This document shows, one piece after another, positions 1 through 12,226 of a DNA stretch of 64,000 nucleotides. A model generated the notes under the pieces. That model saw only the letters and a list, made by a program, of their open reading frames with translations. It did no database searches and had not been told where the DNA came from. The stretch lies in assembly GCF_009914755.1 (NCBI RefSeq), contig NC_060936.1; one strand, 5' to 3'. Position 1 is the stretch's first letter; every line of letters starts with the position of its first letter. Made by a program: the position numbers and the translations under genes. The DNA is from the human T2T-CHM13v2.0 reference genome, Homo sapiens.

Positions 1-1358
1 AGGCCTTAAAGAGGTCAAATATCTGCTTGCAGACTTTACAGACAGAGTGTTTCCAAACTACTCTATGAAAAGAAAGCTTAAACTCCTTGAGTTGAACGCA
101 CACATCACAAAGTAGTTTCTGAGAATGATTCTGTCTAGTTTTTATACGAAGATGTTTCCTTTTCTACATTTGGTCTCAAAGCGATTGAAATCTCCAACTG
201 GAAACTGCACAAATAGGGTGTTTCAAATCTGCTCTGTCTAAAGGAAGGTTCAACTCTGTGAGTTGAATACACACACCACAAATAAGTTACTGAGAATTCT
301 TCTGTCGAACATTACTTGAAGAAATCCCGTTTCCAACGAAGGCCTCAAAGAGGTCCAAATATCCACTTGCAGACGTTACAAACAGAGTGTTTCCAAACTG
401 CTCCATCAAAAGAAAGGTTAAACTCTGTGAGCTGAACACACACATCAAAAAGAAGTTTCTGTGAATGATTCTGTCTAGATTTTATAAGAAGATGTTTCCT
501 TTTCTACTGTAGGCCTCAAAGCGCTTGAAATCTCCAGCTGCAAATTCCACAAAAAGGGTGTTTAACATCTGCTCTTCTAAAGGAAAGTTCAACTCTATGA
601 GTTGAATACACACAGCACAAAGAAGTTACTGAGACTTCTCCTATCAAACATTATATGAAGAAATCCCGTTTCCAACGAAGGCCTCAAAGAGGTCCAAATA
701 TCTGCTTGCAGACTTTACAGACAGAGTGTTTCCAAACTGCTCCATCAAAAGAAAGGTTAAACTCCTTGAGTTGAACACACACATCACAAAGTAGTTTCTG
801 TGAATGTTTCTGTCTAGTTTTTATACGAAGATGTTTCCTTTTCTACCTTTGGTCTCAAAGCGATTGAAATCTCCACATGGAAACTCCACAAAAAGAGTGT
901 TTCAAATCTGCTCTTTCTGAAGGAAGGTTCAACTCTGTGAGTTGAATACACACACCACAAATAAGTTACTGAGAATTCTTCTGTGTAACATTATATGAGG
1001 AAATCCCGTTTCCAACGAAGGCCTCAAAGAGGTCCAAATATCCACTTGCAGACTTTACAAAGACAGTGTCTCCAAACTCCTCCATCAAAAGAAAGGTTAT
1101 ACTCTGTGAATTGAACGCACACATCACAAAGTAGTTTCTGAGAATGATTCTGTCTAGTTTTTATACGAAGATATTTCCTTTTCTACATTTGGCCTAAAAG
1201 CGCTTGAAATCTCCACCTGCAAATATCACAAAAAGAGGGTTTCACATCTGCTCTGTCTAAAGGACAGTTCACCTCTGTGAGTTGAATAGAGGCAACACAA
1301 AGAACTTACTCAGTATTCTTCTTTCTAGCGTTCTATGAAGAAATCCCGTTTCCAACGA
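1..1358 (-). repeat. Canonical 8-mer HOR unit (dimers A 1-339, B 340-678, C 679-1018, D 1019-1358), probably D12Z3/S1C12H1L of human chromosome 12
   Basis: The unit restarts at 1359 and 2717 (period 1358). It has one HindIII (74-79), one XbaI (474-479), one PvuII (535-540) and two EcoRI sites (294-299, 973-978). From recall, SF1 8-mer live HORs are D12Z3 and D10Z1, and a ~1.35-1.4-kb HindIII/PvuII unit matches D12Z3. The 8-mer structure is seen directly; the confidence given is for the chromosome call. Confidence 0.7.
325..341 (-). promoter_or_regulatory. CENP-B box (representative copy; about 188 positions, one per ~340-bp dimer)
   Basis: The + strand tcccgtttccaacgaag is CTTCGTTGGAAACGGGA on the minus strand, an exact match to the 17-bp CENP-B box consensus YTTCGTTGGAARCGGGA. 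Confidence 0.97.
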
Positions 1359-1853
1359 AGGCCTCAAAGAGGTCAAATATCTGCTTGCAGACTTTACAGA
1401 CAGAGTGTTTCCAAACTACTCTATGAAAAGAAAGCTTAAACTCCTTGAGTTGAACGCACACATCACAAAGTAGTTTCTGAGAATGATTCTGTCTAGTTTT
1501 TATACGAAGATGTTTCCTTTTCTACATTTGGTCTCAAAGCGATTGAAATCTCCAACTGGAAACTGCACAAATAGGCTGTTTCAAATCTGCTCTGTCTAAA
1601 GGAAGGTTCAACTCTGTGAGTTGAATACACACACCACAAATAAGTTACTGAGAATTCTTCTGTCGAACATTACAGGAAGAAATCCCGTTTCCAACGAAGG
1701 CCTCAAAGAGGTCCAAATATCCACTTGCAGACATTACAAACAGAGTGTTTCCAAACTGCTCCATCAAAAGAAAGGTTAAACTCTGTGAGCTGAACACACA
1801 CATCAAAAAGAAGTTTCTGTGAATGATTCTGTCTAGATTTTATAAGAAGATGT

Positions 1854-1870
1854 TTCCTTTTCTACCGTAG
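1854..1870 (+). promoter_or_regulatory. pJ-alpha-like box of the A-type monomer (representative copy, dimer B)
   Basis: ttccttttctaccgtag is one mismatch from the pJalpha motif TTCCTTTTYCACCRTAG as I recall it. It sits at the position homologous to the CENP-B box in the alternate monomer. Confidence 0.6.
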
Positions 1871-2716
1871 GCCTCAAAGCGCTTGAAATCTCCAGCTGCA
1901 AATTCCACAAAAAGGGTGTTTAACATCTGCTCTTCTAAAGGAAAGTTCAACTCTATGAGTTGAATACACACAGCACAAAGAAGTTACTGAGACTTCTCCT
2001 ATCAAACATTATATGAAGAAATCCCGTTTCCAACGAAGGCCTCAAAGAGGTCCAAATATCTGCTTGCAGACTTTACAGACAGAGTGTTTCCAAACTGCTC
2101 CATCAAAAGAAAGGTTAAACTCCTTGAGTTGAACACACACATCACAAAGTAGTTTCTGTGAATGATTCTGTCTAGTTTTTATACGAAGATGTTTCCTTTT
2201 CTACCTTTGGTCTCAAAGCGATTGAAATCTCCACATGGAAACTCCACAAAAAGAGTTTTTCAAATCTGCTCTTTCTGAAGGAAGGTTCAACTCTGTGAGT
2301 TGAATACACACACCACAAATAAGTTACTGAGAATTCTTCTGTGTAACATTATATGAGGAAATCCCGTTTCCAACGAAGGCCTCAAAGAGGTCCAAATATC
2401 CACTTGCAGACATTACAAAGACAGTGTCTCCAAACTCCTCCATCAAAAGAAAGGTTATACTCTGTGAATTGAACGCACACATCACAAAGTAGTTTCTGAG
2501 AATGATTCTGTCTAGTTTTTATACGAAGATATTTCCTTTTCTACATTTGGCCTAAAAGCGCTTGAAATCTCCACCTGCAAATATCACAAAAAGAGGGTTT
2601 CACATCTGCTCTGTCTAAAGGACAGTTCACCTCTGTGAGTTGAATAGAGGCAACACAAAGAACTTACTCAGTATTCTTCTTTCCAGCGTTCTATGAAGAA
2701 ATCCCGTTTCCAACGA

Positions 2717-5700
2717 AGGCCTCAAAGAGGTCAAATATCTGCTTGCAGACTTTACAGACAGAGTGTTTCCAAACTACTCTATGAAAAGAAAGCTTAAACT
2801 CCTTGAGTTGAACGCACACATCACAAAGTAGTTTCTGAGAATGATTCTGTCTAGTTTTTATACGAAGATGTTTCCCTTTCTACATTTGGTCTCAAAGCGA
2901 TTGAAATCTCCAACTGGAAACTGCACAAATAGGCTGTTTCAAATCTGCTCTGTCTAAAGGAAGGTTCAACTCTGTGAGTTGAATACACACACCACAAATA
3001 AGTTACTGAGAATTCTTCTGTCGAACATTAGAGGAAGAAATCCCGTTTCCAACGAAGGCCTCAAAGAGGTCCAAATATCCACTTGCAGACATTACAAACA
3101 GTGTGTTTCCCAACTGCTCCATCAAAAGAAAGGTTAAACTCTGTGAGCTGAACACACACATCAAAAAGAAGTTTCTGTGAATGATTCTGTCTAGATTTTA
3201 TAAGAAGATGTTTCCTTTTCTACCGTAGGCCTCAAAGCGCTTGAAATCTCCAGCTGCAAATTCCACAAAAAGGGTGTTTAACATCTGCTCTTCTAAAGGA
3301 AAGTTCAACTCTGTGAGTTGAATACACACAGCACAAAGAAGTTACTGAGACTTCTCCTATCAAACATTATATGAAGAAATCCCGTTTCCAACGAAGGCCT
3401 CAAAGAGGTCCAAATATCTGCTTGCAGACTTTACAGACAGAGTGTTTCCAAACTGCTCCATCAAAAGAAAGGTTAAACTCCTTGAGTTGAACACACACAT
3501 CACAAAGTAGTTTCTGTGAATGTTTCTGTCTAGTTTTTATACGAAGATGTTTCCTTTTCTACCTTTGGTCTCAAAGCGATTGAAATCTCCACATGGAAAC
3601 TCCACAAAAAGAGTGTTTCAAATCTGCTCTTTCTGAAGGAAGGTTCAACTCTGTGAGTTGAATACACACACCACAAATAAGTTACTGAGAATTCTTCTGT
3701 GTAACATTATATGAGGAAATCCCGTTTCCAACGAAGGCCTCAAAGAGGTCCAAATATCCACTTGCAGACTTTACAAAGACAGTGTCTCCAAACTCCTCCA
3801 TCAAAAGAAAGGTTATACTCTGTGAATTGAACGCACACATCACAAAGTAGTTTCTGAGAATGATTCTGTCTAGTTTTTATACGAAGATATTTCCTTTTCT
3901 ACATTTGGCCTAAAAGCGCTTGAAATCTCCACCTGCAAATATCACAAAAAGAGGGTTTCACATCTGCTCTGTCTAAAGGACAGTTCACCTCTGTGAGTTG
4001 AATAGAGGCAACACAAAGAACTTACTCAGTATTCTTCTTTCTAGCGTTCTATGAAGAAATCCCGTTTCCAACGAAGGCCCCAAAGAGGTCCAAATATCTG
4101 CTTGCAGACTTTACAGACAGAGTTTTTCCAAACTGCTCCATCAAAAGAAAGGTTAAACTCCTTGAGTTGAACACACACATCACAAAGTAGTTTCTGTGAA
4201 TGATTCTGTCTAGTTTTTATAAGAAGATGTTTCCTTTTCTACCTTTGGTCTCAAAGCGATTGAAATCTCCACATGGAAACTCCACAAAAAGAGTGTTTCA
4301 AATCTGCTCTTTCTGAAGGAAGGTTCAACTCTGTGAGTTGAATACACACACCACAAATAAGTTACTGAGAATTCTTCTGTGTAACATTATATGAGGAAAT
4401 CCCGTTTCCAACGAAGGCCTCAAAGAGGTCCAAATATCCACTTGCAGACTTTACAAAGACAGTGTCTCCAAACTCCTCCATCAAAAGAAAGGTTATACTC
4501 TGTGAATTGAACGCACACATCACAAAATAGTTTCTGAGAATGATTCTGTCTAGTTTTTATACGAAGATATTTCCTTTTCTACATTTGGCCTAAAAGCGCT
4601 TGAAATCTCCACCTGCAAATATCACAAAAAGAGGGTTTCACATCTGCTCTGTCTAAAGGACAGTTCACCTCTGTGAGTTGAATAGAGGCAACACAAAGAA
4701 CTTACTCAGTATTCTTCTTTCCAGCGTTCTATGAAGAAATCCCGTTTCCAACGAAGGCCTCAAAGAGGTCAAATATCTGCTTGCAGACTTTACAGACAGA
4801 GTGTTTCCAAACTACTCTATGAAAAGAAAGCTTAAACTCCTTGAGTTGAACGCACACATCACAAAGTAGTTTCTGAGAATGATTCTGTCTAGTTTTTATA
4901 CGAAGATGTTTCCTTTTCTACATTTGGTCTCAAAGCGATTGAAATCTCCAACTGGAAACTGCACAAATAGGGTGTTTCAAATCTGCTCTGTCTAATGGAA
5001 GGTTCAACTCTGTGAGTTGAATACACACACCACAAATAAGTTACTGAGAATTCTTCTGTCGAACATTACAGGAAGAAATCCCGTTTCCAACGAAGGCCTC
5101 AAAGAGGTCCAAATATCCACTTGCAGACATTACAAACAGTGTGTTTCCCAACTGCTCCATCAAAAGAAAGGTTAAACTCTGTTAGCTGAACACACACATC
5201 AAAAAGAAGTTTCTGTGAATGATTCTGTCTAGATTTTATATGAAGATGTTTCCTTTTCTACCGTAGGCCTCAAAGCGCTTGAAATCTCCAGCTGCAAATT
5301 CCACAAAAAGGGTGTTTAACATCTGCTCTTGTAAAGGAAAGTTCAACTCTATGAGTTGAATACACACAGCACAAAGAAGTTACTGAGACTTCTCCTATCA
5401 AACATTATATGAAGAAATCCCGTTTCCAACGAAGGCCTCAAAGAGGTCCAAATATCTGCTTGCAGACTTTACAGACAGAGTGTTTCCAAACTGCTCCATC
5501 AAAAGAAAGGTTAAACTCCTTGAGTTGAACACACACATCACAAAGTAGTTTCTGTGAATGATTCTGTCTAGTTTTTATACGAAGATGTTTCCTTTTCTAC
5601 CTTTGGTCTCAAAGCGATTGAAATCTCCACATGGAAACTCCACAAAAAGAGTGTTTCAAATCTGCTCTTTCTGAAGGAAGGTTCAACTCTGTGAGTTGAA

Positions 5701-8700
5701 TACACACACCACAAATAAGTTACTGAGAATTCTTCTGTGTAACATTATGTGAGGAAATCCCGTTTCCAACGAAGGCCTCAAAGAGGTCCAAATATCCACT
5801 TGCAGACTTTACAAAGACAGTGTCTCCAAACTCCTCCATCAAAAGAAAGGTTATACTCTGTGAATTGAACGCACACATCACAAAGTAGTTTCTGAGAATG
5901 ATTCTGTCTAGTTTTTATACGAAGATATTTCCTTTTCTACATTTGGCCTAAAAGCGCTTGAAATCTCCACCTGCAAATATCACAAAAAGAGGGTTTCACA
6001 TCTGCTCTGTCTAAAGGACAGTTCACCTCTGTGAGTTGAATAGAGGCAACACAAAGAACTTACTCAGTATTCTTCTTTCTAGCATTCTATGAAGAAATCA
6101 CGTTTCCAACGAAGGCCCCAAAGAGGTCCAAATATCTGCTTGCAGACTTTACAGACAGAGTTTTTCCAAACTGCTCCATCAAAAGAAAGGTTAAACTCCT
6201 TGAGTTGAACACACACATCACAAAGTAGTTTCTGTGAATGATTCTGTCTAGTTTTTATAAGAAGATGTTTCCTTTTCTACCTTTGGTCTCAAAGCGATTG
6301 AAATCTCCACATGGAAACTCCACAAAAAGAGTGTTTCAAATCTGCTCTTTCTGAAGGAAGGTTCAACTCTGTGAGTTGAATACACACACCACAAATAAGT
6401 TACTGAGAATTCTTCTGTGTAACATTATATGAGGAAATCCCGTTTCCAACGAAGGCCTCAAAGAGGTCCAAATATCCACTTGCAGACTTTACAAAGACAG
6501 TGTCTCCAAACTCCTCCATCAAAAGAAAGGTTATACTCTGTGAATTGAACGCACACATCACAAAGTAGTTTCTGAGAATGATTCTGTCTAGTTTTTATAC
6601 GAAGATATTTCCTTTTCTACATTTGGCCTAAAAGCGCTTGAAATCTCCACCTGCAAATATCACAAAAAGAGGGTTTCACATCTGCTCTGTCTAAAGGACA
6701 GTTCACCTCTGTGAGTTGAATAGAGGCAACACAAAGAACTTACTCAGTATTCTTCTTTCTAGCGTTCTATGAAGAAATCCCGTTTCCAACGAAGGCCTCA
6801 AAGAGGTCAAATATCTGCTTGCAGACTTTACAGACAGAGTGTTTCCAAACTACTCTATGAAAAGAAAGCTTAAACTCCTTGAGTTGAACGCACACATCAC
6901 AAAGTAGTTTCTGAGAATGATTCTGTCTAGTTTTTATACGAAGATGTTTCCCTTTCTACATTTGGTCTCAAAGCGATTGAAATCTCCAACTGGAAACTGC
7001 ACAAATAGGCTGTTTCAAATCTGCTCTGTCTAAAGGAAGGTTCAACTCTGTGAGTTGAATACACACACCACAAATAAGTTACTGAGAATTCTTCTGTCGA
7101 ACATTACAGGAAGAAATCCCGTTTCCAACGAAGGCCTCAAAGAGGTCCAAATATCCACTTGCAGACATTACAAACAGTGTGTTTCCCAACTGCTCCATCA
7201 AAAGAAAGGTTAAACTCTGTGAGCTGAACACACACATCAAAAAGAAGTTTCTGTGAATGATTCTGTCTAGATTTTATAAGAAGATGTTTCCTTTTCTACC
7301 GTAGGCCTCAAAGCGCTTGAAATCTCCAGCTGCAAATTACACAAAAAGGGTGTTTAACATCTGCTCTTCTAAAGGAAAGTTCAACTCTATGAGTTGATTA
7401 CACACAGCACAAAGAAGTTACTGAGACTTCTCCTATCAAACATTATATGAAGAAATCCCGTTTCCAACGAAGGCCTCAAAGAGGTCCAAATATCTGCTTG
7501 CAGACTTTACAGACAGTGTGTTTCCAAACTGCTCCATCAAAAGAAAGGTTAAACTCCTTGAGTTGAACACACACATCACAAAGTAGTTTCTGTGAATGAT
7601 TCTGTCTAGTTTTTATACGAAGATGTTTGCTTTTCTACCTTTGGCCTCAAAGCGATTGAAATCTCCACATGGAAACTCCACAAAAAGAGTGTTTCAAATC
7701 TGCTCTTTCTGAAGGAAGGTTCAACTCTGTGAGTTGAATACACACACCACAAATAAGTTACTGAGAATTCTTCTGTGTAACATTATATGAGGAAATCCCG
7801 TTTCCAACGAAGGCCTCAAAGAGGTCCAAATATCCACTTGCAGACTTTACAAAGACAGTGTCTCCAAACTCCTCCATCAAAAGAAAGGTTATACTCTGTG
7901 AATTCAACGCACACATCACAAAGTAGTTTCTGAGAATGATTCTGTCTAGTTTTTATACGAAGATATTTCCTTTTCTACATTTGGCCTAAAAGCGCTTGAA
8001 ATCTCCACCTGCAAATATCACAAAAAGAGGGTTTCACATCTGCTCTGTCTAAAGGACAGTTCACCTCTGTGAGTTGAATAGAGGCAACACAAAGAACTTA
8101 CTCAGTATTCTTCTTTCTAGCATTCTATGAAGAAATCCCATTTCCAACGAAGGCCCCAAAGAGGTCCAAATATCTGCCTGCAGACTTTACAGACAGAGTT
8201 TTTCCAAACTGCTCCATCAAAAGAAAGGTTAAACTCCTTGAGTTGAACACACACATCACAAAGTAGTTTCTGTGAATGATTCTGTCTAGTTTTTATACGA
8301 AGATGTTTCCTTTTCTACCTTTGGTCTCAAAGCGATTGAAATCTCCACATGGAAACTCCACAAAAAGAGTGTTTCAAATCTGCTCTTTCTGAAGGAAGGT
8401 TCAACTCTGTGAGTTGAATACACACACCACAAATAAGTTACTGAGAATTCTTCTGTGTAACATTATATGAGGAAATCCCGTTTCCAACGAAGGCCTCAAA
8501 GAGGTCCAAATATCCACTTGCAGACTTTACAAAGACAGTGTCTCCAAACTCCTCCATCAAAAGAAAGGTTATACTCTGTGAATTGAACGCACACATCACA
8601 AAGTAGTTTCTGAGAATGATTCTGTCTAGTTTTTATACGAAGATATTTCCTTTTCTATATTTGGCCTAAAAGCGCTTGAAATCTCCACCTGCAAATATCA

Positions 8701-8830
8701 CAAAAAGAGGGTTTCACATCTGCTCTGTCTAAAGGACAGTTCACCTCTGTGAGTTGAATAGAGGCAACACAAAGAACTTACTCAGTATTCTTCTTTCTAG
8801 CGTTCTATGAAGAAATCCCGTTTCCAACGA
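2717..8830 (-). repeat. Three consecutive 12-mer HOR variants (ABCDCD, 2038 bp each)
   Basis: HindIII-bearing A dimers start at 2717, 4755, 6793 and 8831. Extra CD tetramers start at 4075, 6113 and 8151. Confidence 0.93.
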
Positions 8831-11800
8831 AGGCCTCAAAGAGGTCAAATATCTGCTTGCAGACTTTACAGACAGAGTGTTTCCAAACTACTCTATGAAA
8901 AGAAAGCTTAAACTCCTTGAGTTGAACGCACACATCACAAAGTAGTTTCTGAGAATGATTCTGTCTAGTTTTTATACGAAGATGTTTCCTTTTCTACATT
9001 TGGTCTCAAAGCGATTGAAATCTCCAACTGGAAACTGCACAAATAGGCTGTTTCAAATCTGCTCTGTCTAAAGGAAGGTTCAGCTCTGTGAGTTGAATAC
9101 ACACACCACAAATAAGTTACTGAGAATTCTTCTGTCGAACATTACAGGAAGAAATCCCGTTTCCAACGAAGGCCTCAAAGAGGTCCAAATATCCACTTGC
9201 AGACATTACAAACAGAGTGTTTCCAAACTGCTCCATCAAAAGAAAGGTTAAACTCTGTGAGCTGAACACACACATCAAAAAGAAGTTTCTGTGAATGATT
9301 CTGTCTAGATTTTATAAGAAGATGTTTCCTTTTCTACCGTAGGCCTCAAAGCGCTTGAAATCTCCAGCTGCAAATTCCACAAAAAGGGTGTTTAACATCT
9401 GCTCTTCTAAAGGAAAGTTCAACTCTATGAGTTGAATACACACAGCACAAAGAAGTTACTGAGACTTCTCCTATCAAACATTATATGAAGAAATCCCGTT
9501 TCCAATGAAGGCCTCAAAGAGGTCCAAATATCTGCTTGCAGACTTTACAGACAGAGTGTTTCCAAACTGCTCCATCAAAAGAAAGGTTAAACTCCTTGAG
9601 TTGAACACACACATCACAAAGTAGTTTCTGTGAATGATTCTGTCTAGTTTTTATACGAAGATGTTTCCTTTTCTACCTTTGGTCTCAAAGCGATTGAAAT
9701 CTCCACATGGAAACTCCACCAAAAGAGTGTTTCAAATCTGCTCTCTCTGAAGGAAGGTTCAACTCTGTGAGTTGAATACAGACACCACAAATAAGTTACT
9801 GAGAATTCTTCTGTGTAACATTATATGAGGAAATCCCGTTTCCAACGAAGGCCTCAAAGAGGTCCAAATATCCACTTGCAGACTTTACAAAGACAGTGTC
9901 TCCAAACTCCTCCATCAAAAGAAAGGTTATACTCTGTGAATTCAACGCACACATCACAAAGTAGTTTCTGAGAATGATTCTGTCTAGTTTTTATACGAAG
10001 ATATTTCCTTTTCTACATTTGGCCTAAAAGCGCTTGAAATCTCCACCTGCAAATATCACAAAAAGAGGGTTTCACATCTGCTCTGTCTAAAGGACAGTTC
10101 ACCTCTGTGAGTTGAATAGAGGCAACACAAAGAACTTACCCAGTATTCTTCTTTCTAGCGTTCTCTGAAGAAATCCCGTTTCCAACGAAGGCCTCAAAGA
10201 GGTCCAAATATCTGCTTGCAGACTTTACAGACAGAGTGTTTCCAAACTACTCTATGAAAAGAAAGCTTAAACTCCTTGAGTTGAACGCACACATCACAAA
10301 GTAGTTTCTGAGAATGATTCTGTCTAGTTTTTATACGAAGATGTTTCCTTTTCTACATTTGGTCTCAAAGCGATTGAAATCTCCAACTGGAAACTGCACA
10401 AATAGGGTGTTTCAAATCTGCTCTGTCTAATGGAAGGTTCAACTCTGTGAGTTGAATACACACACCACAAATAAGTTACTGAGAATTCTTCTGTCGAACA
10501 TTACAGGAAGAAATCCCGTTTCCAACGAAGGCCTCAAAGAGGTCCAAATATCCACTTGCAGACATTACAAACAGTGTGTTTCCCAACTGCTCCATCAAAA
10601 GAAAGGTTAAACTCTGTTAGCTGAACACACACATCAAAAAGAAGTTTCTGTGAATGATTCTGTCTAGATTTTATATGAAGATGTTTCCTTTTCTACCGTA
10701 GGCCTCAAAGCGCTTGAAATCTCCAGCTGCAAATTCCACAAAAAGGGTGTTTAACATCTGCTCTTGTAAAGGAAAGTTCAACTCTATGAGTTGAATACAC
10801 ACAGCACAAAGAAGTTACTGAGACTTCTCCTATCAAACATTATATGAAGAAATCCCGTTTCCAACGAAGGCCTCAAAGAGGTCCAAATATCTGCTTGCAG
10901 ACTTTACAGAGAGAGTGTTTCCAAACTGCTCCATCAAAAGAAAGGTTAAACTCCTTGAGTTGAACACACACATCACAAAGTAGTTTCTGTGAATGATTCT
11001 GTCTAGTTTTTATACGAAGATGTTTCCTTTTCTACCTTTGGTCTCAAAGCGATTGAAATCTCCACATGGAAACTCCACAAAAAGAGTGTTTCAAATCTGC
11101 TCTTTCTGAAGGAAGGTTCAACTCTGTGAGTTGAATACACACACCACAAATAAGTTACTGAGAATTCTTCTGTGTAACATTATATGAGGAAATCCCGTTT
11201 CCAACGAAGGCCTCAAAGAGGTCCAAATATCCACTTGCAGACTTTACAAAGACAGTGTCTCCAAACTCCTCCATCAAAAGAAAGGTTATACTCTGTGAAT
11301 TGAACGCACACATCACAAAGTAGTTTCTGAGAATGATTCTGTCTAGTTTTTATACGAAGATATTTCCTTTTCTACATTTGGCCTAAAAGCGCTTGAAATC
11401 TCCACCTGCAAATATCACAAAAAGAGGGTTTCACATCTGCTCTGTCTGAAGGACAGTTCACCTCTGTGAGTTGAATAGAGGCAACACAAAGAACTTACTC
11501 AGTATTCTTCTTTCTAGCATTCTATGAAGAAATCCCGTTTCCAACGAAGGCCCCAAAGAGGTCCAAATATCTGCTTGCAGACTTTACAGACAGAGTTTTT
11601 CCAAACTGCTCCATCAAAAGAAAGGTTAAACTCCTTGAGTTGAACACACACATCACAAAGTAGTTTCTGTGAATGATTCTGTCTAGTTTTTATAAGAAGA
11701 TGTTTCCTTTTCTACCTTTGGTCTCAAAGCGATTGAAATCTCCACATGGAAACTCCACAAAAAGAGTGTTTCAAATCTGCTCTTTCTGAAGGAAGGTTCA

Positions 11801-12226
11801 ACTCTGTGAGTTGAATACACACACCACAAATAAGTTACTGAGAATTCTTCTGTGTAACATTATATGAGGAAATCCCGTTTCCAACGAAGGCCTCAAAGAG
11901 GTCCAAATATCCACTTGCAGACTTTACAAAGACAGTGTCTCCAAACTCCTCCATCAAAAGAAAGGTTATACTCTGTGAATTGAACGCACACATCACAAAA
12001 TAGTTTCTGAGAATGATTCTGTCTAGTTTTTATACGAAGATATTTCCTTTTCTACATTTGGCCTAAAAGAGCTTGAAATCTCCACCTGCAAATATCACAA
12101 AAAGAGGGTTTCACATCTGCTCTGTCTAAAGGACAGTTCACCTCTGTGAGTTGAATAGAGGCAACACAAAGAACTTACTCAGTATTCTTCTTTCTACCGT
12201 TGATGAAGAAATCCCGTTTCCAACGA

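Noticed and set aside
267-280. Short (ca)n runs such as atacacacaccaca
   Set aside because: They are a normal part of the alphoid monomer, not independent microsatellites.
1-1358. Assignment to D10Z1 or to SF2 8-mer arrays (chr14/22, 18, 20)
   Set aside because: The dimer resembles SF1 rather than SF2, and I noticed no periodic RsaI (gtac) site, which I recall defines D10Z1. This is disfavoured rather than excluded and needs an HMM or BLAST search.
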